In this document: piece after piece, positions 13,885-28,881 of the stretch
Layout of the letters: every line of letters starts with the position of its first letter
Position numbering within the stretch: position 1 is the stretch's first letter
NCBI RefSeq assembly: GCF_009914755.1
Contig: NC_060931.1
DNA from: the human T2T-CHM13v2.0 reference genome, Homo sapiens
Length of the DNA: 64,000 nucleotides
Reading direction: 5' to 3' (one strand)
Notes under the pieces: model-generated
What the model saw: only the letters and a program-made list of their open reading frames with translations
The model's database searches: none
What the model was told of the DNA's origin: nothing
Program-made: the position numbers and the translations under genes

Positions 13885-14229
13885 CAGGGTTCTTCAACCT
13901 TGGCACTACTGACATTTGGGCCAGATAATTCTATGTTGTGGAAGCCTGTCCTGTGCATTACAGAATGTTTAGCAGCATCTCTGGCCTCTATTCACTAGGT
14001 GTCAGTGGCCCCCCACCCCCAACCAAATGTGACAAAACTATCTCCAGACATTGCCAACTCCCCTCATCCCCATGGCAAATCCTTCCTGTTCACTGTAGAA
14101 TGTTTAGCAGCATATCTCTGGCCTCTGCTCACTAGATACCAGTGCCCTCCTCCACCACCCCACCCAGATGTGACAAACAAAACTATCTCCAGACATTGCG
14201 AAATCCCTCCTCCCATTTGAGAACTACTG
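13885..14229 (+). mobile_element. MER20 (hAT-Charlie) with an internal tandem duplication
   Basis: Starts cagggttcttcaaccttggcactactgacatttggg and ends ttgagaactactg. The central agaatgtttagcagcat...tctccagacattgc segment occurs twice. Confidence 0.9.
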
Positions 14230-15249
14230 TGTGGCCTCATGCCAATGACACAGACAATGCAAACATCTTTCCAAAGCAAATCCCCAAAGTCCCGTGGCTA
14301 AGCTGGTTCTGCAAAATTAGCTTCTCAGATTTAGGTTATGGCTCTTTCGGTTGGAGTTCCCTCGTGCTGTGTTCGCCCCATGCTCCTATACATCTCATTT
14401 CCATTCTCCCCTTCTCACTCACCACTTTTTTTCAGCATTTAAATCTAGAAGATACAGCTCCCTGTATATCCTAAACAGACACAGAAAACAAGAAACAATG
14501 TACTATGCAAGACCCACCATCAACAAGGTGCCCGGGACAGCTGGAGATGAGCGACTCCTGACTGGGTGGATTGACTGGCATGCTCATTATTAACATCTGT
14601 GAGAGACAGAGGGAATGTTTCCTTCAGCCCTGTGAGCAAGACTCAGGAACTGAGCAGCCCACAGTAGCTTTTTATGTAACCAGCCCACCTTCTCTGCAGG
14701 AGATGAGCAGAGTCAAAAGATCTGTTTTCCTTCCCATTTCCTCCTGCAGTTCACTCTTCACAGTGGGTGACTGGGCAAAGGGTCACTCACCACCAAGCCA
14801 CAGGTTTCTCCTATTTTCTCCTGGGCCCCTGGCCACTCCTATCTTCTGCTTCTGTCTTTGGTTCAACCCCTTGGGCTGTCTGTGTTTCATGGCGCCAGGC
14901 AATTTATCTCTTTTGTCCTTCCTAAGGTGAAGGTAACAATTATACATCTTTAATCAAGGCTGGGGACTGACTCAATATTTTTCTGACAGGAATACTGCTC
15001 TTCCAGCAGACCGAGTCATTTAGGTATTTCTCAAATGTTCACTGCACACAAGACATTGCGCTAGAGGGACAGAGCCCTTATGGAGATCGAAGCAATGGCT
15101 CCTTCATCTCCATGAGGGCTCAGGGGTCTGGGCTGAACTGAGGACTGGCCCATGAAGACAAGCTGAGGATGCACTCCATGAAGCTGTTTACAGTGGGATT
15201 TCAGACCCACCATGTTACGGAGTGTCTGAGAGGAAGGCCGAGAGGGCGT

Positions 15250-16290
15250 GTCTGCTTCTTGCCTCTCTGGAGCAGTAAATGACCCATCCATCTACCCAGT
15301 TACTGAAGCCAGACACCAGGAAGTCAATCATGATTCCCCCTCTCCACCACTACCCCTGTCCACACCTAATCAGTCCACAAGTCTTTTTGAGCTTATTTCT
15401 AAAACATATCTCACAAGTACCTTCTTACCTTATTCCTACTGTTGCCACCTTGGTCCAGGCCACCTCCATTTACTGCTTGGACCTGTGTATCAGCCTCCTT
15501 CCTGGTCTCCCACTTCCATTCTTAAGCCACTCCAATCTATTCTGGACTCAGCAATAGAGATCATCTTAAAAGGGAGTCCAGATCAGTGCAAGGCATTGCT
15601 TAAGATGCTTCAAGGGCTTCTTAACTAGGTTAAAATCCTATCCCTTCACTTTGGTCTGCAAGAGCCTATCTGATTTAATCCCTGCCCACATCACCAACAC
15701 TTGGCTCCGGCCAAAATGGTCTTGGTTTCAGTTCCTCAAAAAAGCCAAGCTCTCTCCTGTTTTTGCTCATCTGGACCCTCAGCCTGGAAGGTGCTTTCCT
15801 CCACACTTCACATACCTACCTCCTTCCCATCACGTAGCCTTAATCAGTGGTTCTCAATCTAGGGTGGCCACTGGAACCACCTGGAGGGCTCATTAAACAC
15901 AGACTGCTGGGGGAGTCTCTGATGAATCAGACTGAAGTGGGTCTGGGATAGGGTCTGAGAATCTGCATTTCTAGCAGGTTCTCAGGCAATGCTGTTGGTG
16001 TTGGTCCAAGGACCACAGTCTTCTCTGGCCACGCCATTCAAAATATGGTGCCCACTCCTAGTAGATTCTGTCTCTGTTTCTTTTTGTTGACTTCACAGCA
16101 CTTCTTACGCTTGAGACCACGTTGCTTTGTTTACTCTTCTGTTTTGCTTTTACATGTCTTCTCTGCTAGAAACTTCCATGAGGTCAGAACCATGTTTCTC
16201 TGGCACAGAATTACGTCCCCAGTGACTGCTGCAGAGCCTGGCATACAGCAGGCACTCAATAGATGTTTACTGAAGAATGATTAAATGAAG
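15250..16290 (+). mobile_element. L2 3' region with nested MER5A
   Basis: L2 motifs ending in gagcctggcatacagcaggcactcaatagatgtttactgaagaatga. Confidence 0.8.
15845..16017 (+). mobile_element. MER5A (hAT-Charlie)
   Basis: cagtggttctcaa...cacctggagggctcattaaacacagactgctggg...gaatctgcatttctagcaggttctcagg...ggaccaca. Confidence 0.85.
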
Positions 16291-17318
16291 GGGGGTTTAA
16301 AGGCCAAAGCAAGGGACTCTGAAGTCAAAGACCTCTATGTGGAAGTCAGGAAGTGGATTAGAGAAGGATCTGGCAAGGAAGCAGGAAGCAGGGAGGATGG
16401 TCTGGGCACCAGCAGGATGTCCCCAGACGGAGGGGGCATGACTGATGAACAGGTGCATCCCACGCAAACCCATGCCAGGGAGGTGTTCAGCATCTCTGAG
16501 GCCTGCATCTACTCCTGAGGGCAGCCACTGGGCTCAGTGTGGAACATGCATCCTGAGAAGAGGCTTCCAGAGGATCCAGGCAGATTTGAAAGGAATCAGT
16601 CAAAGAAGCCATCAGAGGCCCTTTAATGTTCTGTTTGGTAACCTCTTAGTGATCTTTCTCTGTACCCAGGGGCCAAACACAGCACGTGGCCACGGGAGGT
16701 GGGAGAGAGATGGAGCTGGTGATGGAAGCACTGGTGGCATTTTAGTAAATGCCTCCAAGAGCAAGCGGGGCGGGGAGACGAGCACAGTGAAAGAAGACAC
16801 TAATGAATCTTATCCAGCTGTGCAGCTTTAAGTGATTAATGCCCAGCACAGAGCAAACGTTTGATTAATAAGGCAGCACCTCCATATCATCACTCTAACC
16901 TTCTGAGGCTCCCAGGTAAAAGTGGCTCTTATGAAAGGGACGGGATACATTCAAGTAAAGTTCAAAGAAAAAAGAAATCACTCTAGACTCAGTTATGAAA
17001 ATGAATGGATGGGAAGCGGGAATTGTAATGATGCTTTTTCAAAAAAGGGGGAAAAAACTGAATACATTCTTTTCCATCACAGAGTCTCAAGAGAGGTCCA
17101 CTTACATAAGAGAAATTCTACTGGTGTGTGAATAGCTGGGAAGGAAAAAAAAATACACAGAGAGCAGAGGAGGAAGAGAGCAGTATCATCTCCTGGAGGA
17201 GACAGACCTCTTTGTTATTCCCAAAGCATTTCTTAGGTGACCCACTGGAGAGTGAAAGACTCTCAAGACATTTCAATATAATGAGGTCAATGTGCCAAAT
17301 AATGGAAGTCACTACTCT

Positions 17319-17614
17319 TTTTTTTTTTTTTTTTTTTTTTTTGAGATGGAGTCTCGCTCTGTCGCCCCAGCTAAAGTACAGTGGCGCGATCTCGGCTCAG
17401 GGCAAGCTCCCGGGTTCACGCCATTCTCCTGCCTCAGCCTCCCGAGTAGCTGGGACTACAGGCACCCGCCACCACGCCCGGCTAATTTTTTTGTATTTTC
17501 AGTAGAGATGGGGTTTCACCATGTTAGCCAGGATGATATCGATCTCCTGACATCGTGGATCCACCCACCTCAGTCTCCCAAAATGCTGGGATTACAGGTA
17601 TGAGCCACCGTGCC
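17319..17614 (-). mobile_element. AluY-like SINE
   Basis: Y-type diagnostics (gcaagctcc, gggttcacgccattctcc, ttagccaggatg, gatctcctgac), many retained CpGs, pure poly-T tail, short internal deletion. Confidence 0.93.
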
Positions 17615-17739
17615 TCTCTTGACATACTACTCTTGAACGTACTACTCTCTTGACATAAAGATGGACATCACACAAGAGCCCCTAATTAGCTATGCAAATA
17701 TTTTAGGTCTGCAGCTGAAGTCTAAAAGCCCCAATTTTT

Positions 17740-18130
17740 ACAACCTGTCAGACATATGTGTTTATTACGCAAGTATGTTAAATTCAAAGTAATTAAACTA
17801 GACAGAATAGATAAGCAATATTTTAAAAGGTGAACTATCCCTATCATTTACAGAAAATGACTGTCAAAAATTTTGGTGCATATCCTTTTAAAGGTTTTTC
17901 TAAGCATGGTTGTAATATAATATTGTATATATTGTTTTTTAATCTTCTTAGTGTAACAATACTTTTTATATGTAAATAATGATGCTTATACACCATCATC
18001 TTTAAGGACAACTCGGTTTTTTATTTATTTAGCTGTTCCCCTACTGTTGAACATGTAACAGTCTTAGCCATATAAAATGAATCCATTGAGAATCTGGCAA
18101 CTTAAAGGTGTATGTGTTTTGCATGTTGCT
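17740..18130 (-). mobile_element. Old L1 (L1ME-like) fragment
   Basis: AT-rich antisense L1M 3' motifs (ttttggtgcatatccttt, ttatttagctgttcccctactgttgaacat). Confidence 0.5.
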
Positions 18131-18189
18131 GAATGAATGAGTAGATTTCACTCTTCCCTGCTCCAGTTCTGGTACAGTGTATGGGTATG

Positions 18190-18192
<3 letters not shown>

Positions 18193-18227
<35 letters not shown>
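18193..18227. repeat. (TG)n microsatellite, about 17 units
   Basis: Uninterrupted tg run. Confidence 0.97.
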
Positions 18228-18229
<2 letters not shown>

Positions 18230-19099
18230 TAGTCATTTCAGTAGGAACTTTGGAAGAAGGGGAATTAAATGTTTCAATACAAAATTACTATCTTTATTCA
18301 GAAGCTAATTATCTTGTAGTAAAAATTAAAATGCTGGTTTTTACTTTCAACTCCATGCCTACAACTTGGACCCTTGCTCTGATTCCTAGGCAGGATTTCC
18401 AAATTCACTGTTGTTGCTCAGAAGAGCATCTACATACAAGTTCCTGAGGGGCAAGAGTTCTTCATGATCTGGACAGCAGACCCCACACAGCAGGATCTCA
18501 CAGAGCCTCAAGCACTTGCTTCATCTTCACAGCAATGCTGCAGCCCAGGTGCACCTTCCTCATTCACAGGTGAGGAATTGGAGGTTTGGAAAGTAAGGGA
18601 ATTAATGGGGGTCACAGAACCAGAAGTATCAGAATTAGGGTTCTGGCCAAATGTTTAGGTCACCTTCCAGTGCATCACAGATGTCCCTTGAGGCAGGGGT
18701 GTGGGGGAAGCAGGGACAGGAGGGGAGGTTTTGGAAGGCTGTCAGCCTGATTCCCACCCAGGGGCACTGCTGACAAATGAATGGTCAATGTGATGGGAGA
18801 CTGCAGTGGGTTTGGGTTTCTGCTAGCAGCAAGCAGGGTAATCTGTTCTTGGATCCTCCCCCACAAGCACAACATAGGAGTTCAAAAATGCTAGCAACTC
18901 CTTTATTTGGTGCAGGAGAACAAGGCCAATCTCAGCTGGGGTGCCTGTCAAAGAGGACCTTCAGAAGCCTAGCAAAGGGTGCCTGCATTTTTTCTCAGAA
19001 GGTGAGTCCAAGGTTTTATTAATAGGCTGGGCAACTTCTGGCCTGATTTTACTGGATGCACATAACTTTTAAGATCTTTTAGGACAGTTTCTACAAGAA

Positions 19100-19280
19100 A
19101 ATGGTCTCCTCGGTCCACTGTCTTCGCAACTCATGAGATGTCTGCTCAAAATGCAGATTCTTAAATTCTGTCCTAATCACATTAAATTAGGAATTCTGGA
19201 GATGGTTCCCAATATTTGATGTTTTTACAAGCGTACCAGGTGAGACATGTTCCTGTATCCCAAAAGCTTGAGAAGCATTC
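19100..19280 (+). mobile_element. MER5-family hAT fragment
   Basis: tgctcaaaatgcagattc...gaattctggagatgg...tttttacaagc...ccaggtga...aaagcttgagaagcatt. Confidence 0.6.
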
Positions 19281-22050
19281 AGTGAGCCATTCATCCCACA
19301 ACCCGTGACCCTGAAGTTGTAACAAAGCTAAATTCTCAAAGTATACCAAGATATCAGGACTATCAGCTCCCATTTCTACAGAGTTTTATGGCACACAAAA
19401 GGGGCTCTCTCATGCCTCACACGTTGTATCTTATGAGCCTCAGAATAGCTCATCACCTCCCTCTACATGGCGGAAGGCATCAGACTCCAGGAGGTCAAGG
19501 GACTTTAGTCTAAGGTCGAGTAGCTCCTAACTGGTCACACCAGGAAATAAACCCTCCTCTCAGCTCAAATCTTTTTTTCCTATACTATCTGCTTCTACAC
19601 TACATTTTCTCTACAGCTGCTTCTTTTTCTACCCTATCTCATCTCCCTTCATACTCACCACTATAACCCTTGGCTCCCATTCGCCAAAAGATACAGAATC
19701 TATTTTCAAGCACAAATTCCGAAGTAAAGGTATTTGGATAAACCACACACTGAACAGGTGTAAAACCTTCCTTTATGAAAACATCCACCAGATAAATTAT
19801 TTAGACTTGTCATAGAAAAATGGTCCAATTCTGCATTATTTCAGTACAATAATCTGATTTCTGAATATCTTGGAGTATGTAAGTATCAAATAAATATGAG
19901 TGTTCTCTGTAACATCTTGGAAACACATGTACATCTTTTTATTCATCCTAAATCTGTCAAAGGTAGGGTGCCAGGAAACTCAGAGTCTTTTCCATATGTA
20001 AGGATCCAAATCACTTCTTGCTGTCCCTTGCTACTTCCCCAGGGTCCCAAAGTCTACCCTATTCGTGACCTTAATCCTTTATTCAGGCTGTTGCCTCATC
20101 TTTAAATTCCTTCCCTGACACCCTCTAGCCCATTCCTATCCAAAATGGGTGGTAAATTCTTGATATCTTTCAAAGTCCAGTTCAGATATCTCCATTCTTG
20201 TTCTTTGTAGGATCCCAGCTCCCTACTCACCCAAGAGGATAAACTGTTCTCACTTCTCTTTTTCAGTATAATGCTAACTCAACAGGGCTACTGGATTCCA
20301 TGTCTCTCTCCTCTGCTAGACCACTCGATGCTTTAGAAGATCCCTTTTTCATGTTTAGATCTCTAGGTCTTAACACAGTGTCGTGATGCAAAGTAGGTGT
20401 CCACCTCAAATTTATTTATCTCAATACCTGTTCCCTTTCTGAGAGCCTTTTCTTGTCTAGGGTGTCCTGAAGGCTACATATATTTCTTGGAGGCTGAATA
20501 GGTGTACTTCTTGCTTCTGCTTTCTGCTTCCAGACCACTATCCTTTCCACTTGCTAACCTCCTGCCCAGTTCCTTTGAGGTGCCTGCCATGGGACTACAG
20601 CCTTCCTTATGTTATTTATTCTGCTTTTGGTCATGCCACAATCCATTGATGATTTTCTTATCCTTCTCTTGGTCAGGGCAGAATCTATAATTCCCTTCAA
20701 ATTCTGCATATGCCTTCTTGTCTTTTTTGAAATAAAATAATTAAGTCAGAAACTTTCAAAACAAGGCCTTGTTCTCTTCTACATCCAAGAAGTAATTTCA
20801 GACCCAAATGCCATCTGATCAATCATCATGTTATATGTTTGTAAAGGACAATTCCAAAATAGGCTAGACTGCATATAAAAAAAAGGTCACTTTATTCAAC
20901 AAGTTTTATTTTATAGCTCAAAAATGCACCCAGGCGTACAAGAAAACTAATTAGACTTGAAGACTACCAAGTGATGCCATCTTGTGACAGCTTATAGTGA
21001 CAAAGCTTCTTAGCAGTTGTGAAAAAGACTTTCATAAAAAATATGTTGTTCCTATATAAAAATCATCGATCGGGCAATTTTTTAAATGACTACTTTGAAA
21101 TGGGAAGAGTGAGAAAGTGGAACTTAATGAGTAAATAATCAGTAGCCTACAGGTTTGATTACAACGCCGGAAAAAATGGCAAGAAATCATGAGCCAAGGA
21201 AAGCACGTGTTGATTGCCCTTTCCCAATAACTACTCTTCTGGTAGCCTGTTTCCCAAGTCCAAAATGCTCAGTGGCGAGCAAAGAAAAATATCATTTCCA
21301 AGTTATGTTCCATGGTAATGTTGTCGATTTCCCACAAACTGTGATCTCCCCAAGAGATAGCCAAAGCTATTTAAGGGCTGTCAGCCTTGTTTCTGTGGAG
21401 AGGATGGCACCAGCTCTTTTCCAATGTAAATATGAAGTGCTCTCCATGAAAACAGTATTTGTGGAAGCATTCAACCAACTTAGTAATTCTGAAATACATT
21501 CAGGCAAAGACCCCAGTCGCTGAGTGGTGATTTCCTAATCTAGAAAGTAATGAACAAATGAAGGAGTATGGCTCCTGGAAAGCTTGAAGTTGCCTTTGAC
21601 AGGATTGAGGCAAAGCCTTGCAGCTCTGCAGCCCCTACTGGACCACTGCTCCTCCTTTCTGCTTCCAGACCACCGCCCTTTTTACTCCCTAACTCCCTGC
21701 CCAGTTCCTTTGAGGTGCCTGACATTATACTATCCACTATCCCTCTTTATGACACTTACTCTCCACCTGGTCATGCCACAATTCATTGACGATTTTCTTA
21801 CCCTTCCCTCTCTTTATCATCATTCTTAGTAACTTCAATATCCTCACAGATGATCTACCCAATACCTAGCTTCTCAGTTCCACAACCCTCCTCAACCCAA
21901 AGGTCTTGTCCTTTATAATCTCCTAAAGCAGCTTTTGCTGTGACTGTAGCCTAAGCTTTGTCATTGAAAATACAGAACCATTGCTGAAGTCGTAAGTTTA
22001 CAAGCACCATCTTGTGTCTTTCCAATTCACTCTCTCTAGTATGCCCATTC

Positions 22051-22379
22051 TGTGGAGTCCTGACAAGATAAGTAAACAACAAGGAAGATGCCCCAAGTGT
22101 GGAGAGAACAATTGTTCTGAGAGAAGGCTAACCACCAACAACCTGCTGACACAACATCCTGTTCCCAAATACCTCGCTTTGCATGTAGCCCCAGCAGCAC
22201 AAGCTTATCTGTAGGTAGCCCCTCCGGCACCACCCTGTAAAACTTCCCTCCAGATCCTGTCTCTTTGCAGACAGCTCCTTCTCTGCTGTGCTGCCCATTG
22301 CTTTCTTTAACTTACTACTGTCTTTGTAAATTATTTTACCACCCACAATGCTGGCTCCAATCAGTTGCAACCTGCAACA
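22051..22379 (+). mobile_element. Solo LTR (ERVL class, LTR47-like)
   Basis: TG...CA termini (tgtggagtcctga ... cctgcaaca) with perfect 5-bp TSD cattc at 22046-22050 and 22380-22384. Family name from memory. Confidence 0.75.
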
Positions 22380-23759
22380 CATTCCAAAAGTTCTCTGATC
22401 CTGCTGTGACTCTTAACATTGCCACCTTTTCCTTGTCCATCACCCCATTCATGGCTTCACTTTCCTCATTACCTAACTTCTATTCCATTATAATTATAAT
22501 CTCTCCTTTTGTATTCATGAATACATCCCCAGTACCTCTTCTCTCTATCATATTTGCTTAGCAAAACCAACCTAGCTTAAATCCTATTCTCTGCCTCCTC
22601 CACCCACCTGAACAGCCGAACAGGCTGGAGAAAAGCATACAATGGTGCTGTCTGGTCTCATTTAAATTTATGACCTTAACTAACAAGAGAGTTCTTAGTT
22701 CTGTTTGAAATCTGACTGTATTTTTCTAGCTGATTCACTCCTCAGACAACTATGTACAGCTTCTCCTCTATTCACAAACCTCCAGAGTCCTTCCCTCCCT
22801 CCTCATTTTTCATCAGATAACTTAGATCCTCATTTCACTAAGAAACTAAAAGCAATCATAAGATAACTTCTGTAATCAGACGGTGAATCATAGCTGAATC
22901 TGCTCTCACTGGGGACACCAGTGACCTCCATGAGGTCAAATCTGATCACTTGCCATCTTCATTTTACAATAGAACTTGAAACAGCTGATAATGGCCTCTT
23001 CCTAAGGAGCATTTCTTCTCGTGGCACTACAAAACGCCACACTTGTTGTTTGCATACTTCTTGCCTCCTAGCATCACCTCCTCAGTCTCCCTTGCTAGGT
23101 TTTTTTCATCTTCTTGACTAGATTGGAATGCCTTGAGTTTGGCCCTTGGACCCCTTCCCTGTCTCCACTCACTCCCTAGGTGATCTGATCTAGTATCAAT
23201 TATGTGTGAACAACTACAAATTATGTCTCTAGTCCCAACCTCTGCCTTGAACTCAGATGCATCTATTCCACTGCTTTCTCTATATCTGCACTTGGGTGTC
23301 TATCCGGGCATCTCACAGCCAACAGTTCCAAGCTCAACTCTTTCTTCCACTTGCTTGCCTGAATCTACGTTCCCCATCTCTATGAGTGGTGCCATCAAAA
23401 CCTAAAGTCATACTTGACTTCATCAGTCTCTCCCACCACACTGCCCATCTGTCATATCCAGTTAGTGCATCCTGTCAGCTCTACCTTTCAAATAAATTCA
23501 GAGCATGCCCACTCCTTGTCATCTCTAACCCCTCCACCTTAGTCTACGCCACATCTGCCCTTGCCAGATCTGCAGCAGGGGCCTCCTCATCTGCCTCATG
23601 TCCCCTCATTCCCCTACAGTCTCAGTGGTCTTTTAAAATCTGGCAGATCATGTCACTCCGGTGCTCAAAACTCTCCAGTGGTTCCCTGCCTCACTCAAAA
23701 TAAAAGCCAAAGTCCTGACCACAGTTTTCAAGCCCCTGAAAAATCTGGCCCCTGGCTAA

Positions 23760-24650
<891 letters not shown>

Positions 24651-25139
24651 CTAGCTCTCTGAGACCACTCACAGGCCTCTCCTTGTTCACTGCCCTCCAG
24701 GCACAATGACCAACTGGCTTCTTAAAATTTTATTTTATTTTATTTTTTGCCTTGCTTTTTAAATAAACACACCAAGCTTGCTGTCCACCTCAAGCCCTTT
24801 AAAGCCTGTTCTCTGTTTCTGAAATGCTCTTCCCCCAGCTGTAGTTCTGTAGCTCTCTCTTCACAGCTCAAGGGTTACCTCCTTGGAGAAACAACCTTCA
24901 GCAAGCATGACTGAAGAAGCAGCCCCCCATCCCCCCCACTCACTCACCCCTTAAACCTTCTTTATTTTTTTTCTATGACACTTCTATGACCAGACAACAT
25001 TATCCACCCATCTATCTATACTGTTAATACTTACATCTTATATTTTAAGAAATAACCATTCAACAAACTGAAAATAGTACTGTAAAAAGGCAGCTTGGAG
25101 ATCCCTTGAATTAGATAAGACTTTGATGAAGATCAGTGT

Positions 25140-25437
25140 TACGTAAATGACACACCTAGTCAAACCAAACCAATCCACTGGGCCCTATGCAAACCAGACA
25201 CCGCCTCCTCCAGCATCCCAACATAAGCAACCACTTTTCTGCCGCACTTGGGGTTTCTCTTTGTTCAAATCCCCCTTCCCTCTGTCTCTGTACGGGGGAG
25301 CTATTTTCTTCTTCCTTCTTTCTTGCCTAACAAACTCTCGGCTCCTTAAAACCATCCCACGTGTGTCTGTGTAGTTTTATCTAAACTGGCGCAAGACCAA
25401 GCACCCTGCAGTTCCTCCAGTCATTGATGCCATATCA
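25140..25437 (+). mobile_element. 3' half of an ERV1-class LTR (LTR27/LTR28-like)
   Basis: ccaatc...ccctatgcaaaccagacaccgcctcctccagc...ctccttaaaaccatcccacgtgtgtc...gttcctccagtcattgatgccatatca. Subfamily uncertain. Confidence 0.7.
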
Positions 25438-26589
25438 ATAGCACAATACTTTGAAAACTCAGACAGGCTAGGAAAAAGTATTTTCCACTACTATAAGCTT
25501 CCTCTAGGTCAAGGATCAAATTTCTCCTTCCCATATACCTTCTCAGAGAGGCCTGTTATACAAAATTCCATTCTTCATCATGCAGGCATTAGCTCAGAAG
25601 ATGTGTACCCTGGGCCTGCCATCACCCACGCACGGGGACACAGTATGAATAAGACAGAGACAGTCTTTGTGGTAATTACAAACTAGAGGAAAAAAGAGAA
25701 AGAAAAGCAACCAAAGCTGTTTTAAAAGCTAATCTCTCTATTTTTCAGAAGTGATATTAACAATATTAGTAGCCATACTAGGAGCTCACATTACATGGTA
25801 TGAAAATTACAGAGTTTTAATCCATCAAACTACTTTAAGATGAGTGAAAGATAAAATAGAAAATAAAATGCTATTATTGCAATATCCTTTTCAGTTTCAC
25901 AAAAGTACTTTTTCTGAAAACCTCACCATTAATTGAATGGAAACATCTAACTGCTCAAAAATCTTTTTCTTTTTCTTAATGGTTTGATATTTATGAATAC
26001 CTTGCCTATAAGAAACACAAATCATTAAATAGCTTTTAAGCATTTTTTCATAAAGAACCTAAAATTTAAACATTCTACTTGAAAAAAACAGTTTAACATA
26101 GTGCTCTAATAAGATTGAAACAAAATACCCTCTTGCCCCTCTGTCCCACAGAACAGTACTTTCTACCCTGACCTTTAATGTGGCCAGGCATGTAAATAGT
26201 ATTGTCCCAGAGCAAATCTTCAGTTTCAACTACCTGCTTTGCATTAGCAGAGAAGCAAAAAATCCTGACTCAGCAAGAAAAGCCTTCATACCTCAAAAAT
26301 TGTGTGACTTAATTAAATTAGGCTTCCTAAATGGAAATGATCTTTTAATCTATACTTGCAAAAATGCTGCTCTTTGGTGAAATGCTCTTTAAATTATTCC
26401 TAAAATAACCACACTGTACTAGAAAATTTTTGGCTGTAGCTTAGGGAAGTTTCCAGCTCTAACTGGCCTGGTGACCTAGTGTTGGTTCCAAGCAGACCAG
26501 TATTTCCACAGTGCCCATTTTGGGGGCCCCTGAAGAGCCAAGCTGCTTGAACTGAAATCACAGGGGAAGTTTAAAGAATACTGATTCTC

Positions 26590-26990
26590 AGGCCTCAGCC
26601 TAGGTGACTTGATCCAGAAACAAAGGCCAGTATGTCCAGCTGAGGAGTTTGAAGTGTATCTAGAAAACAATTTGGACCGATTAAAAACTTTGAGGCAGGG
26701 GAATGCATCATGAGATTGACATGAAAATGAAGTATGGAAGATGGGTTAGCGTGGGAGCCAAACCCAAGAAGCGGAGAGCACTGAAGAAGTTCCTGTAGTG
26801 ACCCTGGGTCACTACAGAAAAATACCAGGGAAAGATGAATGATGTGGGAAGAAGGTAAGCATGAGAGTCAGGGCATTTTTCAGGAGGAAGAATGTAGAGT
26901 TTGGTGACTAATTGGATGTGGTAGGTGTTGAGTAAACAGAAGGAGGTGAAAGCTCCTTCCAAGCTCTGGCTTGAGTTATGCATCTAAGGG
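26590..26990 (-). mobile_element. L2 fragment
   Basis: Purine-rich antisense L2 motifs (aaaactttgaggcagggg, ttggtgactaattggatgtgg). Confidence 0.65.
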
Positions 26991-27211
26991 AATTAACGGG
27001 GGTGGGGTGGGGGTGGGAAGAAAAGCACAACAAAGGAAATCTAAAATTCATGAGCTCCTTAGGTGCTTTGAAGTCCTCCTTCCTTCTGCAAAAAGGAAAG
27101 CTTAGCATTGTCTGCAGTTAGCATCAATAAACAAAGATCTTAAATAAAAGCTTTGGGTATGTGTGTGACTCAGTGAGACATAGAATCACAAATCACTGTT
27201 CTCCCCACTAT

Positions 27212-27287
27212 TAGAAAAGTATTAAAGAAAATTGGAAAAGTATTACGGAAAATTGGAAAAGTGAGAAAATTGGAAAAGTGAGAAAAG
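27212..27287. repeat. Short imperfect tandem repeat (core gaaaattggaaaagt x3)
   Basis: Three exact copies of the 15-mer, 17-20 bp apart, with partial flanking copies. Confidence 0.85.
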
Positions 27288-27289
27288 AT

Positions 27290-27990
<701 letters not shown>

Positions 27991-28524
27991 AATAGGAACA
28001 AAAAGCACCACTGAAATTTCGTAACAGTGTTGATTTGTCACCTATATGTCTATACCCAATGTGTCTTCAGTTAGTTATGCAGAACACCTGTGTCCCAGAC
28101 TCCTGAGAGAGTCAACTTTGAAGGACATCTTAAATAACCTGCCCTTCTGCCCTGCCCCTGGGTACTGTGTGTTAAGTCCTTGATTACAGAAAAGCTATAA
28201 ACCTGACTGGTTACTTTAACTCTTTCCCCTCACCTGGAACTGTCCCAGAGTCATGCTTTAATGTGATATCTGAAATTGACAGAAAGCAATTAGATAACCT
28301 ACCTTTAGATCCCATGAAAACTAATATTTGTATCTGCTGTCTTGTAGTACAGTTATTTGTGTAGGTTCTTTATATATCCTATTAAATTGAAAGATCCAGG
28401 AAGGCAGAATTTATGTCTGATTAAGGCTTGCACTCCCTAGAGTGCCAATAGTTTTTGTATATTTGGCATTTAATATTCATAAAGAGAATTGTTGATGAAT
28501 TATTGTATATGACTCAGTGAAATA

Positions 28525-28881
28525 CAAATATTCCTTGACTTATAATGAGATTATGTCCCAATAATCCCATCGTAAGTGGAAAATATTTTAAGTTGAAAAT
28601 TCACGTAATGCTGAACATCATAGCTTAGCATAGCCTACCTTAAACATGCTCAGAACACCTACATTAGCCTACAGGTAAGCAAAATCATCTAACGTAAAGT
28701 ATATTTTATAATAAAGGGTTAAGTATTTCATGTAATTTATTAAATACTATACTGAAAGTAAAAACCAGAATGGTTGTATGAGTACTCAAAGTATGGTTTC
28801 CACTGAATGTGTGTCGCTCTCACATCATCATAAAGTTGAAAATCTTAAGTGGAACCATTGTAATTTGGAAACTTAAGTCTG
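28525..28881 (+). mobile_element. MER47A (TcMar-Tigger MITE), near full length
   Basis: Collinear with the MER47A consensus (cccatcgtaag, gaacatcatagcttagc, agcctaccttaaacatgctcagaaca, agaatggttgtatg); flanked by TA on both sides. Confidence 0.9.
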
